DNA of 64,000 bases. Source: a virus. Within the stretch, counting starts at the first letter, position 1, and each line of letters opens with the position of its first letter. The notes beneath the pieces are model-generated. The model made no database searches, had not been told where the DNA came from, and worked only from the letters and a program-made list of their open reading frames with translations. Location: the IMG/VR virus record IMGVR_UViG_3300027396_000022, positions 1 through 64,000 of that record; one strand, given 5' to 3'. This document shows, piece by piece, positions 8,619 through 18,720 of this stretch. The translations under genes were made by a program, and so were the position numbers.

Positions 8619-10496
8619 TTGGTTATGGAAGGCGAAGCAATTGATTTAGGGCATGCCACTGCAGGTGGAGTGCGTGCAGATGGCCTTCAGAACGTACTGA
8701 TTGGCATGGGAACTGGCCGCGACAAGAGCCAGTACACCAAAACCACTGCGACTGTTTTCCTGCCGCAAGAAGATCTTGAAAATCTCTATGGCGAATGGTT
8801 ACCTCGCCGCATTGTCGATATTTATGCAGATCAAGCCACGCGAAAAGGTTTTAAGGTGCTGTTTGGTGGTGAAGGCGTAAGAGCCGAAGAAGTACAGGGC
8901 ATTGAGCAAACAATTGAAGATCTTTATATTCTTGAAAATTTAAATCTTGCAGCAAAAAATTCCCGCCTTTACGGAGGAGCTTGTCTGTTGCTCTTTATTG
9001 ACGATGGGCGTCCCGCTTATATGCCTGTCGATAAACGTAACATCCGTCGCATTGAAGAAATTGAATGTCTCGATCGATGGCAAATTGCCCCAGTTATCAA
9101 CGAAGAAAACTTATACGACTATTCAAAAGCCACGTATTATCAGATTATTTCTGGAGATCTAATTAACGAACAAACGCTGTCTTACATTCATAAGGATAGG
9201 ATTTTGCGTTTTGATGGAGACTGGCTCCCTTATCGCGTGAGGCAGCGTAATTATGGATGGGGTATGAGCAGTTTACAAACTATTTATGACAGCTTCCGTC
9301 ATTATTGGACTGGCCTTAATTCTGCAGCAACGCTTCTCACTGAGTTTGATATTTTTGTTCACAAGGTGAGGGGCTTGGCGGCAATGCTTGCTGCTGGCAA
9401 GGAAAGCTCCATTCGTGATCGTTTGCAAGTGAACGATATGAGCAAGAGCATCTATCGCGGCTATGCGATTGATGCAGAGAAGGAAGAGCTGGAATTTATT
9501 AGTCGTAACTTTGGCGGCATTGGAGAAGTGTTGGAGAAGCTGCGCGTTGACATTATTGGCGCTAGCAAAATTCCCCATACCGTGCTGTTTGGCGAAAGCC
9601 CTGGTGGGCTTGGCTCCACTGGTCGCAGCGAAGAACGTGATTTTGCGAAGACGCTGGCCGATTATCAGAGCGTGCATTTCAAGCGGCCAATGAAGAAGCT
9701 GATGGAATACATCATGCTGAGCAAAGAAGGTCCGACACAAGGAAAACTGCCTGAGTCATGGCGCATCTCCTTCAATCCATTGTTTGAATTGAATGAGCGT
9801 GAAATGGCTGACGTGCGTGCGCGTGTGGCAGCCGTGGATGGTCGTTACATCCAGCTTGGCGTGCTGAGTCCCAAGGAAGTAGCTGATGCACGTTATGGGG
9901 GCTCTGAGTGGTCAATGGAGCTTACTTTGGATCCGACTGTTGTTCGCGAGCTGCCCCAAGCCGCAGGTTCCACTCAAGGTGGGGGTGGCTCCACCCAAGG
10001 ACGGGGTGGTTTTGCTGTTCCTCCAGGTGGGCGTGATCCATTAGACGAGGAAAACGGCACACTTCCCATGGATGGCAGCAGGGATGTTGAAGATAGTGCA
10101 GGTCTTTATCTCCCACGCGATCTGGAGAAGATCCGTGGAGACGTGGAATTTACGGACAAAGACTTACACCAGCAGGCAATTGCATCAGCAAAGGCCAAAT
10201 TCAAAGAATGGCCAAGTGCAGTTGCAGGAGCTTATGTGACGCGCAAGTACAAAGACTTATACAAGCGTAAGCATGGCTCTATGGAAGGTGCATTCAAGGG
10301 CAAGAAAACTACCGCCGAATATTTCAAGGAGGATGCGATTGATCCACTAAAAACCAGTGGTCTTATTCTTGCTGATATTGACGAGGCTTCTCTCATTGAC
10401 GAAGAAGACATTTCTGCTGCATTGAATCAGTGGAAAGAAGAAGCGCCTGAGCGTTTCAAAGATATCTTGGAGGCAGAGGATGTCCAGCCTCAATGA
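8619..10496 (+). CDS. Portal protein, DUF1073-like, with C-terminal extension
   Basis: SRLYGG, IHKDRILRF, IPHTVLFGESPGGL.STG motifs. Confidence 0.88.
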   Translation: MVMEGEAIDLGHATAGGVRADGLQNVLIGMGTGRDKSQYTKTTATVFLPQEDLENLYGEWLPRRIVDIYADQATRKGFKVLFGGEGVRAEEVQGIEQTIEDLYILENLNLAAKNSRLYGGACLLLFIDDGRPAYMPVDKRNIRRIEEIECLDRWQIAPVINEENLYDYSKATYYQIISGDLINEQTLSYIHKDRILRFDGDWLPYRVRQRNYGWGMSSLQTIYDSFRHYWTGLNSAATLLTEFDIFVHKVRGLAAMLAAGKESSIRDRLQVNDMSKSIYRGYAIDAEKEELEFISRNFGGIGEVLEKLRVDIIGASKIPHTVLFGESPGGLGSTGRSEERDFAKTLADYQSVHFKRPMKKLMEYIMLSKEGPTQGKLPESWRISFNPLFELNEREMADVRARVAAVDGRYIQLGVLSPKEVADARYGGSEWSMELTLDPTVVRELPQAAGSTQGGGGSTQGRGGFAVPPGGRDPLDEENGTLPMDGSRDVEDSAGLYLPRDLEKIRGDVEFTDKDLHQQAIASAKAKFKEWPSAVAGAYVTRKYKDLYKRKHGSMEGAFKGKKTTAEYFKEDAIDPLKTSGLILADIDEASLIDEEDISAALNQWKEEAPERFKDILEAEDVQPQ

Positions 10497-11160
10497 TCTC
10501 TCTCAATTCTCTGAAACTATTGTTCGTTTTGATGAATCATCCTGGCGCTTCGACCCTATTAGTGGTCGGTATCGCGGCGCCAATGGACGCTTTCTCAGCG
10601 CTCGTGCAGTGGAAGCATTGGTGGATGGTCGAATTAACAAGCTTGGCGCTGAGTTACGGCGTTTTACACGTATGCTTAGCAATGGCGATATTACGCTCGA
10701 TCAATGGCAAGGAAGCGTAAGAGAAGCTCTTAAGCTTGTTCACGTACAGACAGCGATCATTGGCAATGGTGGCAGGGAAACAATGGGAGCCACGGAATGG
10801 GGGCGCATCGGGCAACGTCTCCGTTTGGAATATGCTTTCTTACAGGGCTTTGCTCGCGATCTTTTGGATGGGCGTGTTTCTTATCCCATGGCTGCTGCTC
10901 GTATCGGGCTGTATGCTCAGAGCGTGCGAGGTAGTTTTTGGGAAGGCGCCAGTATTCGTCAAGAAAAGCAAGGATATTCCTTGATGCGACGAGTGCTTGA
11001 TTCACAAGCAAAGCATTGTCAAGACTGCTTAGATTATGCAGCTCGCGGAATGGTTCCAATTGGCAGCGTGCCGCTTCCTGGGCAGCGTTGCGCATGCCGT
11101 TCAAACTGTCGGTGCAGCGTAAAATACTTCCGACAACAAGCGCCGACTGTGGCAGTTTGA
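10480..11160 (+). CDS. Head morphogenesis / minor capsid protein
   Basis: Follows portal; HCQDC...C.CRSNCRC terminus. Confidence 0.7.
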   Translation: MSSLNDLSQFSETIVRFDESSWRFDPISGRYRGANGRFLSARAVEALVDGRINKLGAELRRFTRMLSNGDITLDQWQGSVREALKLVHVQTAIIGNGGRETMGATEWGRIGQRLRLEYAFLQGFARDLLDGRVSYPMAAARIGLYAQSVRGSFWEGASIRQEKQGYSLMRRVLDSQAKHCQDCLDYAARGMVPIGSVPLPGQRCACRSNCRCSVKYFRQQAPTVAV

Positions 11161-11161
11161 G

Positions 11162-11887
11162 ATGGATGTTTTAGTGGGCAGCACTGGCCTGATTGGCACC
11201 GTGCTTCGTGAGCACCATGATTTTGACTGCCGTTTCAATTCCGAAAACATCCACCTAGCTCCATTGTTGAAAGAGGATATTGATACGCTTTACCTGGCGT
11301 GCTTACCGGCGGAGAAATGGAAGGCAAATCAGGCGCCAATGGCTGATTTTGACAATATGTACCACGTGTTGTCAAAGATGAGACTATGGAAACCGAAGGA
11401 GATTATTCTCTATTCGACTATTGATATTTATAGTCAAACCTATAAATACGTGCAAGATTTTCCGGAACTGCATGCTATTGATTATGGCTCTGTTCGCTAC
11501 ATCTTTGAGCTACTAGTGAAGCAAACATTTCCCGACGCCATTGTTACCATTATTCGCCTTCCGGCGTTGTTTCATAGGCGCATTAAAAAGAATGCTTTAT
11601 TTGACTTGTTGAATCGGCACAATGTAGAGAAAATTAACGCTAATTCTTGTTATCAATGGTACGACTTAAGTGATCTGTGGACAGATACCGAAGCATGCGA
11701 AAAAGGACGAAACCACCAATGGTTTTCGTCTCCCATCGAAACATTAGAAATTATTGACAAATGGTTCCCATGGGCCAGAACAGAAGTTGATTGCAGCACT
11801 CGCATTGAATACAATTACGGGCCTTATTTTGCTAGCAAGGAAACAATTATGAAAAAGATGGAGGCTTTTATTAATGCTTGGAATTAG
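11162..11887 (+). CDS. NAD-dependent epimerase/dehydratase-like protein
   Basis: GSTGLIG Rossmann motif, STID.Y, IIRLPALF. Confidence 0.8.
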   Translation: MDVLVGSTGLIGTVLREHHDFDCRFNSENIHLAPLLKEDIDTLYLACLPAEKWKANQAPMADFDNMYHVLSKMRLWKPKEIILYSTIDIYSQTYKYVQDFPELHAIDYGSVRYIFELLVKQTFPDAIVTIIRLPALFHRRIKKNALFDLLNRHNVEKINANSCYQWYDLSDLWTDTEACEKGRNHQWFSSPIETLEIIDKWFPWARTEVDCSTRIEYNYGPYFASKETIMKKMEAFINAWN

Positions 11888-12614
11888 TGCTATCGGCTGG
11901 AACGATGAAGAAGAAGAGCAAATTTTGAGCGCTAATGCTGGCGCTTTTAATGTACTGGAAATCATTCCGGCTCGCATTTTTGCTCAAAACAAAGACTACG
12001 CAGATATGGCCAAAGAATATAGAGAGCGCTATGGACTATGGGCGTATTCAGCGCAAGCATTATTCTTTCAAAGCAATGTGCAAAGCTTTGAAGACACGAC
12101 TGCTGTGTCCGAGCATTTATTGCGCGTGATTAGCCTTGGTTCTCTGATGGGGATCAAACGTTTTGTTTTGGGAAGCCCGAATTTGCGCAAGGGGAGTCCA
12201 TCATGCTTGATGAATGTTTTAAAGCGCATGGATGCAGTGCTGGAAGCGAACGATGCCATCCTTTGCATTGAACCTGTAGCAAGATGCTATGGAGGATCTT
12301 ATTTCTTTACAGTCAGCGAGATTGTTAATCATATTGATTTCTGTAATCTCAAGAACGTTAAAACAATGCTAGACACAAATAATGCATGGTTACAAGGAGA
12401 CAGTCCCAAGAAACTTTTAAATCATTACTGGCCTTACATTGCCCATGTTCATATTAGTGATACAGACAACGGACCCCTATTAAATAAATACGAGCACATG
12501 CAAATTAAGAAGATGCTCGATGGAATTAATTATGAAGGCGCTATTGTTCGTGAGCTGTTTCAAGCGAAAAAGTATATGCGCGATTATCCATTGTTCCGGA
12601 GCATTTACGCTTGA
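11874..12614 (+). CDS. Sugar-phosphate isomerase/epimerase (xylose-isomerase-like TIM barrel)
   Basis: VLGSP..R, CIEP, LDT, HVHISD motifs. Confidence 0.8.
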   Translation: MLGISAIGWNDEEEEQILSANAGAFNVLEIIPARIFAQNKDYADMAKEYRERYGLWAYSAQALFFQSNVQSFEDTTAVSEHLLRVISLGSLMGIKRFVLGSPNLRKGSPSCLMNVLKRMDAVLEANDAILCIEPVARCYGGSYFFTVSEIVNHIDFCNLKNVKTMLDTNNAWLQGDSPKKLLNHYWPYIAHVHISDTDNGPLLNKYEHMQIKKMLDGINYEGAIVRELFQAKKYMRDYPLFRSIYA

Positions 12615-13585
12615 TCTAGTGCATCATTTACCATTTTTTCAATGGTATAAATACCTTGAATTTTGCCGGTATAAAACGAGAGAAGATTGCCATGCTGCCT
12701 AAAAATTGGCGTACGTTGAGCGCTGGCATTCTTACTTTTAGCTTTAATCGATACCACCGGAAAAACATATTTTAAGTGATCTTCGAAATCAGGCCAATAA
12801 CGCACCACGTGATCTTCCATTAATTGACGGTGGGTGGTGAGCTTGCCGTAATTATTACCGAAAGAATGAACATTTTTTGTTTCTATAACACCAAGACTTA
12901 CATGGCTTAAAGAAAACATCGATGAGCCATATGGATAGATGGAGAATAGATTGCCATCAATGAAAGTAATAGCGCCAAATGGGAGCGTTTTAAGGGGGCG
13001 ATAAATAAACATTACAACTGCTTCAAAATAATCACCGTCCCTAGGGGGCAGCAAAGCATTATTAGTGCAATCAAAAACAAAGTCATAGTCTTGCTGCAAT
13101 AATTCCAATGAGCCATTGCTAATTTCTTCGCGCCGAACAATGGGAAGCAATAATTCGTCAAAATGTTTTCCAGTGGCCGTTGGCGAAATGTATTTCTCAA
13201 TAGTGTGCATCACCATGGACGTGTGATTTAGCAAGCCTGCGTCTGCTTCTGCATGAGGCCAGTCTTTAAAAATCAAGCGAATAGTGTCTGCATCCAACAG
13301 GCTCTCATCTTCTGAAACTGCATAGAAATTATTATTGATGTTTTCTGTTAGATGGCCGTAGTCCATCATGAAGCGTTCAAATGTATTTTTACACAGCATG
13401 CGCGTGGCATGATTTCTGGCATAGTGGTAGCCATAGTGCAGTCTATTTTGATTGATAAGCGATGTTTCAGAAATGAGCGTTTCATTGCGCTCAAATAATG
13501 TCACATCAGCTTCATTCATAAAGCGCGAAGCCAAATGGCATCCAGTCCATCCGCCGCCAATAATTGCAATCTTGAGCGCCATCAA
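12605..13585 (-). CDS. FAD-dependent oxidoreductase (DAO-like)
   Basis: IIGGGWTG, NQNRLH.GYHY.R, GKI. Confidence 0.85.
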   Translation of the reverse strand: MMALKIAIIGGGWTGCHLASRFMNEADVTLFERNETLISETSLINQNRLHYGYHYARNHATRMLCKNTFERFMMDYGHLTENINNNFYAVSEDESLLDADTIRLIFKDWPHAEADAGLLNHTSMVMHTIEKYISPTATGKHFDELLLPIVRREEISNGSLELLQQDYDFVFDCTNNALLPPRDGDYFEAVVMFIYRPLKTLPFGAITFIDGNLFSIYPYGSSMFSLSHVSLGVIETKNVHSFGNNYGKLTTHRQLMEDHVVRYWPDFEDHLKYVFPVVSIKAKSKNASAQRTPIFRQHGNLLSFYTGKIQGIYTIEKMVNDALDQA

Positions 13586-14271
13586 ATGTCAATACAAAGC
13601 GTTGGCTGTACTCCTTGCCAATTTGACTTGGCTTTAAACAGGTCCAACTGTGGGAAGTATTCTATGCGCCGAGACATGCCAGTTCCATACATATCAGCAT
13701 GCCCTTGATAATTCCATTCATCAGGGCCATGCTTATCGGGGTGGTAAAGGCCGGCAGGTGAATCCTGTAGCTTCCAAAGCATGTAGTCTTCATTCGGCAC
13801 TCCCCATTGCTTCCATGCTTGCAACGCCGGTGGCGAGCTGTCCATGTTCTTAATTGCCGTGAGACGGTCTTTGTGGCGCATGAGATAGTCCATGCCGTAA
13901 AGGCCAATGCTCATTGATGGTGTGTGCTTCATCGCCACCTTCTCAAAGCCTTCCGGAGGTTCATAGACCAGACTTTTAAACGCTGGTCCAGCAATGCACG
14001 TGTCATGCAAGAGAAACCAGAAGGAACTAGTCAACTTATGCTCAACAATTTCAATGAGCGGAGTATATTCAAAGGAATTTTGTGGGGTGCAGATCATTGG
14101 TACATCACCATAATGATCAATGCGCCAGTCCTCGCATCCACCATTGACGATCAAAATTTCGCTTGTACCAATACCAGCGCGAGTAAGAGAAGGGATAATG
14201 ACGGGAAGTGTATAAGCTGCAAAACGCTGGCATGTACTGATACAAAAGCGCACAGAAGATGGTGGTAGCAT
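13582..14271 (-). CDS. Putative glycosyltransferase (GT-A-like)
   Basis: ILIVNGG, NSFEY, WFLLHDT; cluster context. Confidence 0.5.
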   Translation of the reverse strand: MLPPSSVRFCISTCQRFAAYTLPVIIPSLTRAGIGTSEILIVNGGCEDWRIDHYGDVPMICTPQNSFEYTPLIEIVEHKLTSSFWFLLHDTCIAGPAFKSLVYEPPEGFEKVAMKHTPSMSIGLYGMDYLMRHKDRLTAIKNMDSSPPALQAWKQWGVPNEDYMLWKLQDSPAGLYHPDKHGPDEWNYQGHADMYGTGMSRRIEYFPQLDLFKAKSNWQGVQPTLCIDI

Positions 14272-14333
14272 GATTCTCTCCTTGTGCCGTAAGTATAGAA
14301 GCTGTTTATGATGACGAAGATTTCTGGGAAACC

Positions 14334-15557
14334 ATGGCAAAAATTCTTTATTGCGGAGACGCTTTTGTAGAAACTGGTTTTGGGCGGGTCGCTCAGTATT
14401 TGCTGCCGGCGCTAGCCAAGGAACATGATGTGGCGGTGCTAGCAGTCAATTACCATGGCGACCCGCATTCAGAAGCACAGAAATACAGGGTATATCCTGC
14501 AATGTTGCATGGTTCCGATCCATTTGGTTCTCATCGGATTAATGAAATTATTCAAAGAGAAAAGCCAGACCTGGTTTGGGTGACGAATGATATTTGGATT
14601 GCCATTAGCCTTTGGCAGAAAGCCAAATCCTTGCAAGAACAAATCCCTTTCAAGTGGTTTGTTTATACGCCCATTGATTCTTATGGTCTATTTCCTGAGC
14701 TGAAAAGCCAGATGGAAGGGTGGGATGGTCTTGCCACATACACGCAATTTGCCGAAAAAGAACTTCGTCTAATGGGATATGATAAGCCCATTGATATTAT
14801 TGGGCATGGTACTGATTTTGATAAATTTTTCCCACTTGATAAGCAGCAATGCCGAAAAGATTTAGGGATTCCCGCTGATGCATTTGTTGTTTTCAATGGG
14901 AACAGGAATCAGCCACGCAAGCGCATTGATTTGACAATCAAGGCATTTATCAAGTTTGCCAAAGACAAGGACGATGCTCGCCTTTGGTTGAATATGGGCA
15001 GCAAAGACATGGGATGGGACTTAATTCCATTATTTAAGCGGGTAGCTCGCGACGAAGGGTTTGACGCCACCGGGAAACTGATTATTACTAGCCCTCATTT
15101 CTCCACTGAAAACTGCCTGCCAGTTGAGCAATTAAATAAAGTGTATAACGCAGTTGACATTGGCTTGAATACATGCATTGGTGAAGGTTGGGGGTTGGTT
15201 AATACAGAACATGGATCAGTGGGTGTGACGCAAGTTGTACCAGATCATACAAGCCTGGCGGAGATCTTTGATGAGCTTCCCCGTATTCAGTGCAATGCTT
15301 ACGAAACAGACAGAAACTATGGTCTTGAGCGTCCTCTTCCTGACCCGGAAAGTGCTGCAGAGATTTTGTCTTATTACTATGAGAACCGCGATGCACTGAG
15401 AAAGGATGGGAAATGGTGCTACAAGCGTCTGCGAGAAGATTTCTGCACGTGGCCTTATATTCAAGGGCAATTGCTTGACGCGGTAGAACGCACTCTTAAT
15501 ACAAAGTCTGCCGCGACTGAATTCAAAGGTTTTGATACTCCTGCAAAAATTATTTGA
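14334..15557 (+). CDS. Glycosyltransferase family 4
   Basis: TGFGRV, HG.D, NRNQPRKR, GEGWGL..E. Confidence 0.9.
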   Translation: MAKILYCGDAFVETGFGRVAQYLLPALAKEHDVAVLAVNYHGDPHSEAQKYRVYPAMLHGSDPFGSHRINEIIQREKPDLVWVTNDIWIAISLWQKAKSLQEQIPFKWFVYTPIDSYGLFPELKSQMEGWDGLATYTQFAEKELRLMGYDKPIDIIGHGTDFDKFFPLDKQQCRKDLGIPADAFVVFNGNRNQPRKRIDLTIKAFIKFAKDKDDARLWLNMGSKDMGWDLIPLFKRVARDEGFDATGKLIITSPHFSTENCLPVEQLNKVYNAVDIGLNTCIGEGWGLVNTEHGSVGVTQVVPDHTSLAEIFDELPRIQCNAYETDRNYGLERPLPDPESAAEILSYYYENRDALRKDGKWCYKRLREDFCTWPYIQGQLLDAVERTLNTKSAATEFKGFDTPAKII

Positions 15558-16276
15558 TTATGCAAATTTCACAAATCTTTCTTTCCACTGATCCAACGGA
15601 AAAGCTTAGTCCATTTTTGGAACACGCCACGGGCACTATTGATGCTTGTTTCCCTGAAGCAAAGCATGTTATTTACAACAATGATTCGCTTCGCGCTTTC
15701 ATTGCTGATAATTACGAAGAAGAAGTGTTGTGGGCATATGATACGCTTAAGCCCTTCTCTTACAAGGCAGATCTTGGTCGTTTTTGTTTGTTGAACAAGC
15801 TGGGCGGCTGGTATTTTGATATTGGCATTAGGGCCTTTAATGCAGTGGAACTTGGCGATCGTATTAAGTTTCTTGCTTTCCGTGATATTCAGCGCTTTAG
15901 TTACACAAGCTGGGCGTGTGCAACTACAGTGCTTTATTCTCAGCCCGACAATCCCGCTTTGCAAACTGCCATTGAGATGATTGTGGCAAATTGCGTAGAA
16001 CAATACTATGGCATCACTCCATTGTGCCCCACTGGTCCTACATTGTTAGGTAAAGCCTTGGCGGCGAACGGAAGCCAAGCTGATTTTATCTATGGCGATT
16101 ATCTTGAACTAACGCCTACGCATGGACAAAAGAATAGGGCCTTTGTGCTTCCCGATGGCACAATCATGGCATGGAGTAAGCCTGCTGGTGGTGGTGACTT
16201 AACTGGACTTGGCGCCAAGGGCGTCAACAATTACAATGAGCTGTGGCAGGCCCGCAAGGTGTATGGCGATGGTTGA
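15554..16276 (+). CDS. Glycosyltransferase GT32 / OCH1-like
   Basis: KADLGR..LL...GGWYFD, TGP.LL. Confidence 0.85.
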   Translation: MIMQISQIFLSTDPTEKLSPFLEHATGTIDACFPEAKHVIYNNDSLRAFIADNYEEEVLWAYDTLKPFSYKADLGRFCLLNKLGGWYFDIGIRAFNAVELGDRIKFLAFRDIQRFSYTSWACATTVLYSQPDNPALQTAIEMIVANCVEQYYGITPLCPTGPTLLGKALAANGSQADFIYGDYLELTPTHGQKNRAFVLPDGTIMAWSKPAGGGDLTGLGAKGVNNYNELWQARKVYGDG

Positions 16277-16979
16277 TAGCACCATTTATGCGGTATGCAT
16301 CCCAGGGGAGAAAGTGCGTTACACGGCCAGGTCTCGCATTGTTCCCATTATGGGAGGAAGCCACGTGCTGAGCAAAGAAGAGCGCGAAAGTCTTCGTGCC
16401 GAAGGTTATGCTTTTGACGATGAAAATGCCGTGCTGTCTCCATTAAATGATCGATGGGGAGAGCTTTCGTGCGTGCATTGGATGATTCTTAATGCAAAAG
16501 AAAACAATATTGGCAATGCTCAATATCGGCGCAATTGGCTAGAACCGGAAGATCAATGGTATTGCCCAGAAACTTTGTATGTGCCAGAACCAGCTCAATT
16601 TTCTTGTACGCTTGAACAACAGTTTTATGGTGGCCATTCTGCTTTTGATGCACCAGTAATTACGCGCAAATTAGCAGACGAAGGCAAGTGGATTTTTACT
16701 CGCGAAGAAATTGATAAAATCTGGGCGCAATCTTCTTTCATCGGCTGCAATATGGCACGCGGACCGAGGCAGGCCTACCTGCGCTTCATGACAACACTAT
16801 TTGCTGGACTTGCACCAATTTGGCGCGAACACAAAGAACACTTTCTTTCCATTGAAGGCTATGACAAACGTGCAATTGCGTTCATTGCCGAACGCTTGAT
16901 TACTGGTATGGTTTTATGCAGAGACAGGATTTTTCCTGGCGTAAAAATTGCCACTGCTCCGATAGGATTTATTAATTGA
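16269..16979 (+). CDS. DUF4422-like glycosyltransferase-associated protein
   Basis: N..WGELS..W, QYRR, CNM, R..AF..ERL. Confidence 0.65.
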   Translation: MVDSTIYAVCIPGEKVRYTARSRIVPIMGGSHVLSKEERESLRAEGYAFDDENAVLSPLNDRWGELSCVHWMILNAKENNIGNAQYRRNWLEPEDQWYCPETLYVPEPAQFSCTLEQQFYGGHSAFDAPVITRKLADEGKWIFTREEIDKIWAQSSFIGCNMARGPRQAYLRFMTTLFAGLAPIWREHKEHFLSIEGYDKRAIAFIAERLITGMVLCRDRIFPGVKIATAPIGFIN

Positions 16980-16993
16980 TCGGCTGCAAATCG

Positions 16994-17683
16994 ATGGAAT
17001 GTCCATTAGAAATTATTGACGCTAGTGCAAACAAAACAAATCATCGCTTTGCCATTGCTAATGCAATGCTTGGGCCAGCTAATCCATCGCTACCCAACAC
17101 TGCTTATTGGCAAGAACTAGCTAAACGTTGGGAAGTTGGCCTGTCAGATGCCTTGGCTCGTCGATGCAATAATTGCGAGCATTACATTGATACTGCAGTC
17201 ATTCAGAATTGCATTCAAAGGCATGGTCGGTTTGATATTACTAGTCTTGGTTCCGAATTTAAAGACATGAAAGATGCAAGTGGCTATTGCACGTTGTATC
17301 ACATTACTTGTACAGCCAGTCGTGTATGTGTAGACTGGGAAGAAGGCGGTCCAATTACAACTACCAAAGAAGGTGCCATGGCTATCGAAAATGAAGGGCG
17401 CGAAGACGCTAAAAAAATGAGCGCGAAGCAAAAGAAAATTGCAAAAGTGATGCGCGAATTTAAGGCTGGTACTTTGAAGGGCAGTGACAAAAAGCCAATC
17501 AAGAATAAAAAACAAGCCATTGCTATTGCCCTCTCGGAAGCTGGCATGAGTCGCATGAACAAAAGCGATGAGTATTGGGATGCCTATGTTGACACCATGA
17601 TGTGCATGGAAGTTGAAGACCCTGAAGAAGAAGGCATGGGAAGCATGAAAACTGAAGACGGTTCCTGCGGAAAAAAGCGCTAA
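16994..17683 (+). CDS. Head-associated multidomain protein (Cys-rich domain + DUF6496-like)
   Basis: RRCNNC/GYC...C domain; KIAKVMREFKAGTL...KQAIAIALSEAG. Confidence 0.7.
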   Translation: MECPLEIIDASANKTNHRFAIANAMLGPANPSLPNTAYWQELAKRWEVGLSDALARRCNNCEHYIDTAVIQNCIQRHGRFDITSLGSEFKDMKDASGYCTLYHITCTASRVCVDWEEGGPITTTKEGAMAIENEGREDAKKMSAKQKKIAKVMREFKAGTLKGSDKKPIKNKKQAIAIALSEAGMSRMNKSDEYWDAYVDTMMCMEVEDPEEEGMGSMKTEDGSCGKKR

Positions 17684-18030
17684 GGGGTGATGCTGGAAGC
17701 TTTGCCCCTCCTGCTGCTGTTCGATCTGCTGCCCGTCGTGGCTTAGAGCTACGCAAGAAATATGGCAAAGGAGGCTTGACGACGCAAGAAGCGGGCAAGC
17801 AGGGCATTGGCAGTGGCGTGGCGAGAGCTACAAGTCTGGCCAATGGAGAGAATGTGAGCTATGAGACAATCAAGCGCATGGCCGCATTCTTCTCTCGCCA
17901 TGAAAAGAATAAGAGTGGCGAAGAAGATGATGCTGGAAAAATTGCATGGGATTTATGGGGCGGCGATGCTGGTAGGGCGTGGGCAAATCGCATTATTAAG
18001 ATGGTAGAAAATCGCAAAAAAGACCAATGA
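17671..18030 (+). CDS. -1 frameshift extension of the 16994 protein
   Basis: A-AAA-AAG at 17671-17677, hairpin 17683-17709, open -1 frame coding PPAAVRSAARRGLELR...TIKRMAAFFSRHE. Confidence 0.7.
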   Translation, partial: KKALRGDAGSFAPPAAVRSAARRGLELRKKYGKGGLTTQEAGKQGIGSGVARATSLANGENVSYETIKRMAAFFSRHEKNKSGEEDDAGKIAWDLWGGDAGRAWANRIIKMVENRKKDQ

Positions 18031-18338
18031 GCGAATATGTGCGCGTCATCGAAGAAGAGGACGAAGGTATTGGTCTTTTAAAGGCGCTTTCAATTCTTTC
18101 TGCCAATGAACATCGCAATACTTCACGATGGGAATTGGTCGAAAAGCAATGCTTCAAAAATGGTCGGCTAGATGAAACACACATTTATGTGATGAGCGTT
18201 TACGAGAAGCCCGACCCTCATTTTGAGCCGACAAAGTTCTTGACTTTTGAAATTGAGGCAATGGCAAAGTCCTACATTATGGAAGACATTGAGCATCAAC
18301 TTGCCAGTATTCGCGGCGAAGACGACGACGAGGATTGA
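18027..18338 (+). CDS. Acidic hypothetical protein
   Basis: ATGA overlap with the upstream frame. Confidence 0.65.
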   Translation: MSEYVRVIEEEDEGIGLLKALSILSANEHRNTSRWELVEKQCFKNGRLDETHIYVMSVYEKPDPHFEPTKFLTFEIEAMAKSYIMEDIEHQLASIRGEDDDED

Positions 18339-18376
18339 TTATTACGTTTCTCAATAAGTGCTGTTTATTGAGAAAA

Positions 18377-18655
18377 CTAATTGATTTTTGCGATGAAAGA
18401 TGGATAGCCCATCAGCCACAACACGCTAATTCCATAGAGACCACTGAGAGTGCGAATCTGTACGCAATCTGGCGGGGCGGTGCCCTTCTCAATGCGGCAA
18501 TAAGAACTTTGACTGATGTGCAGTTCTTTTGCCACATCATGCTGAGTGAGTCCGGCATTTAGCCGGGCTTCTTTAATGCGACCAGCAATAAGAATGCGTG
18601 CTTCCTGGTGGGGAAGTTTAAGAGCATCCGTTGCACTACGCGCCAAAAACATCAC
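18377..18655 (-). CDS. XRE-family HTH regulator
   Basis: RIKEARLNAGLTQ..VA..L.ISQS.Y.RIEKG. Confidence 0.88.
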   Translation of the reverse strand: MMFLARSATDALKLPHQEARILIAGRIKEARLNAGLTQHDVAKELHISQSSYCRIEKGTAPPDCVQIRTLSGLYGISVLWLMGYPSFIAKIN

Positions 18656-18720
18656 AAGCTTTTATTCCGTTTTGCATAAGCTTACAAAGTATAACATTCG
18701 CTTCTTGATAAAGTATGAAT

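Noticed and set aside
8619-10496. Anti-CBASS Acb1 label sometimes attached to DUF1073 proteins
   Set aside because: No paired HxT/S phosphoesterase motifs seen in the extension; position indicates portal
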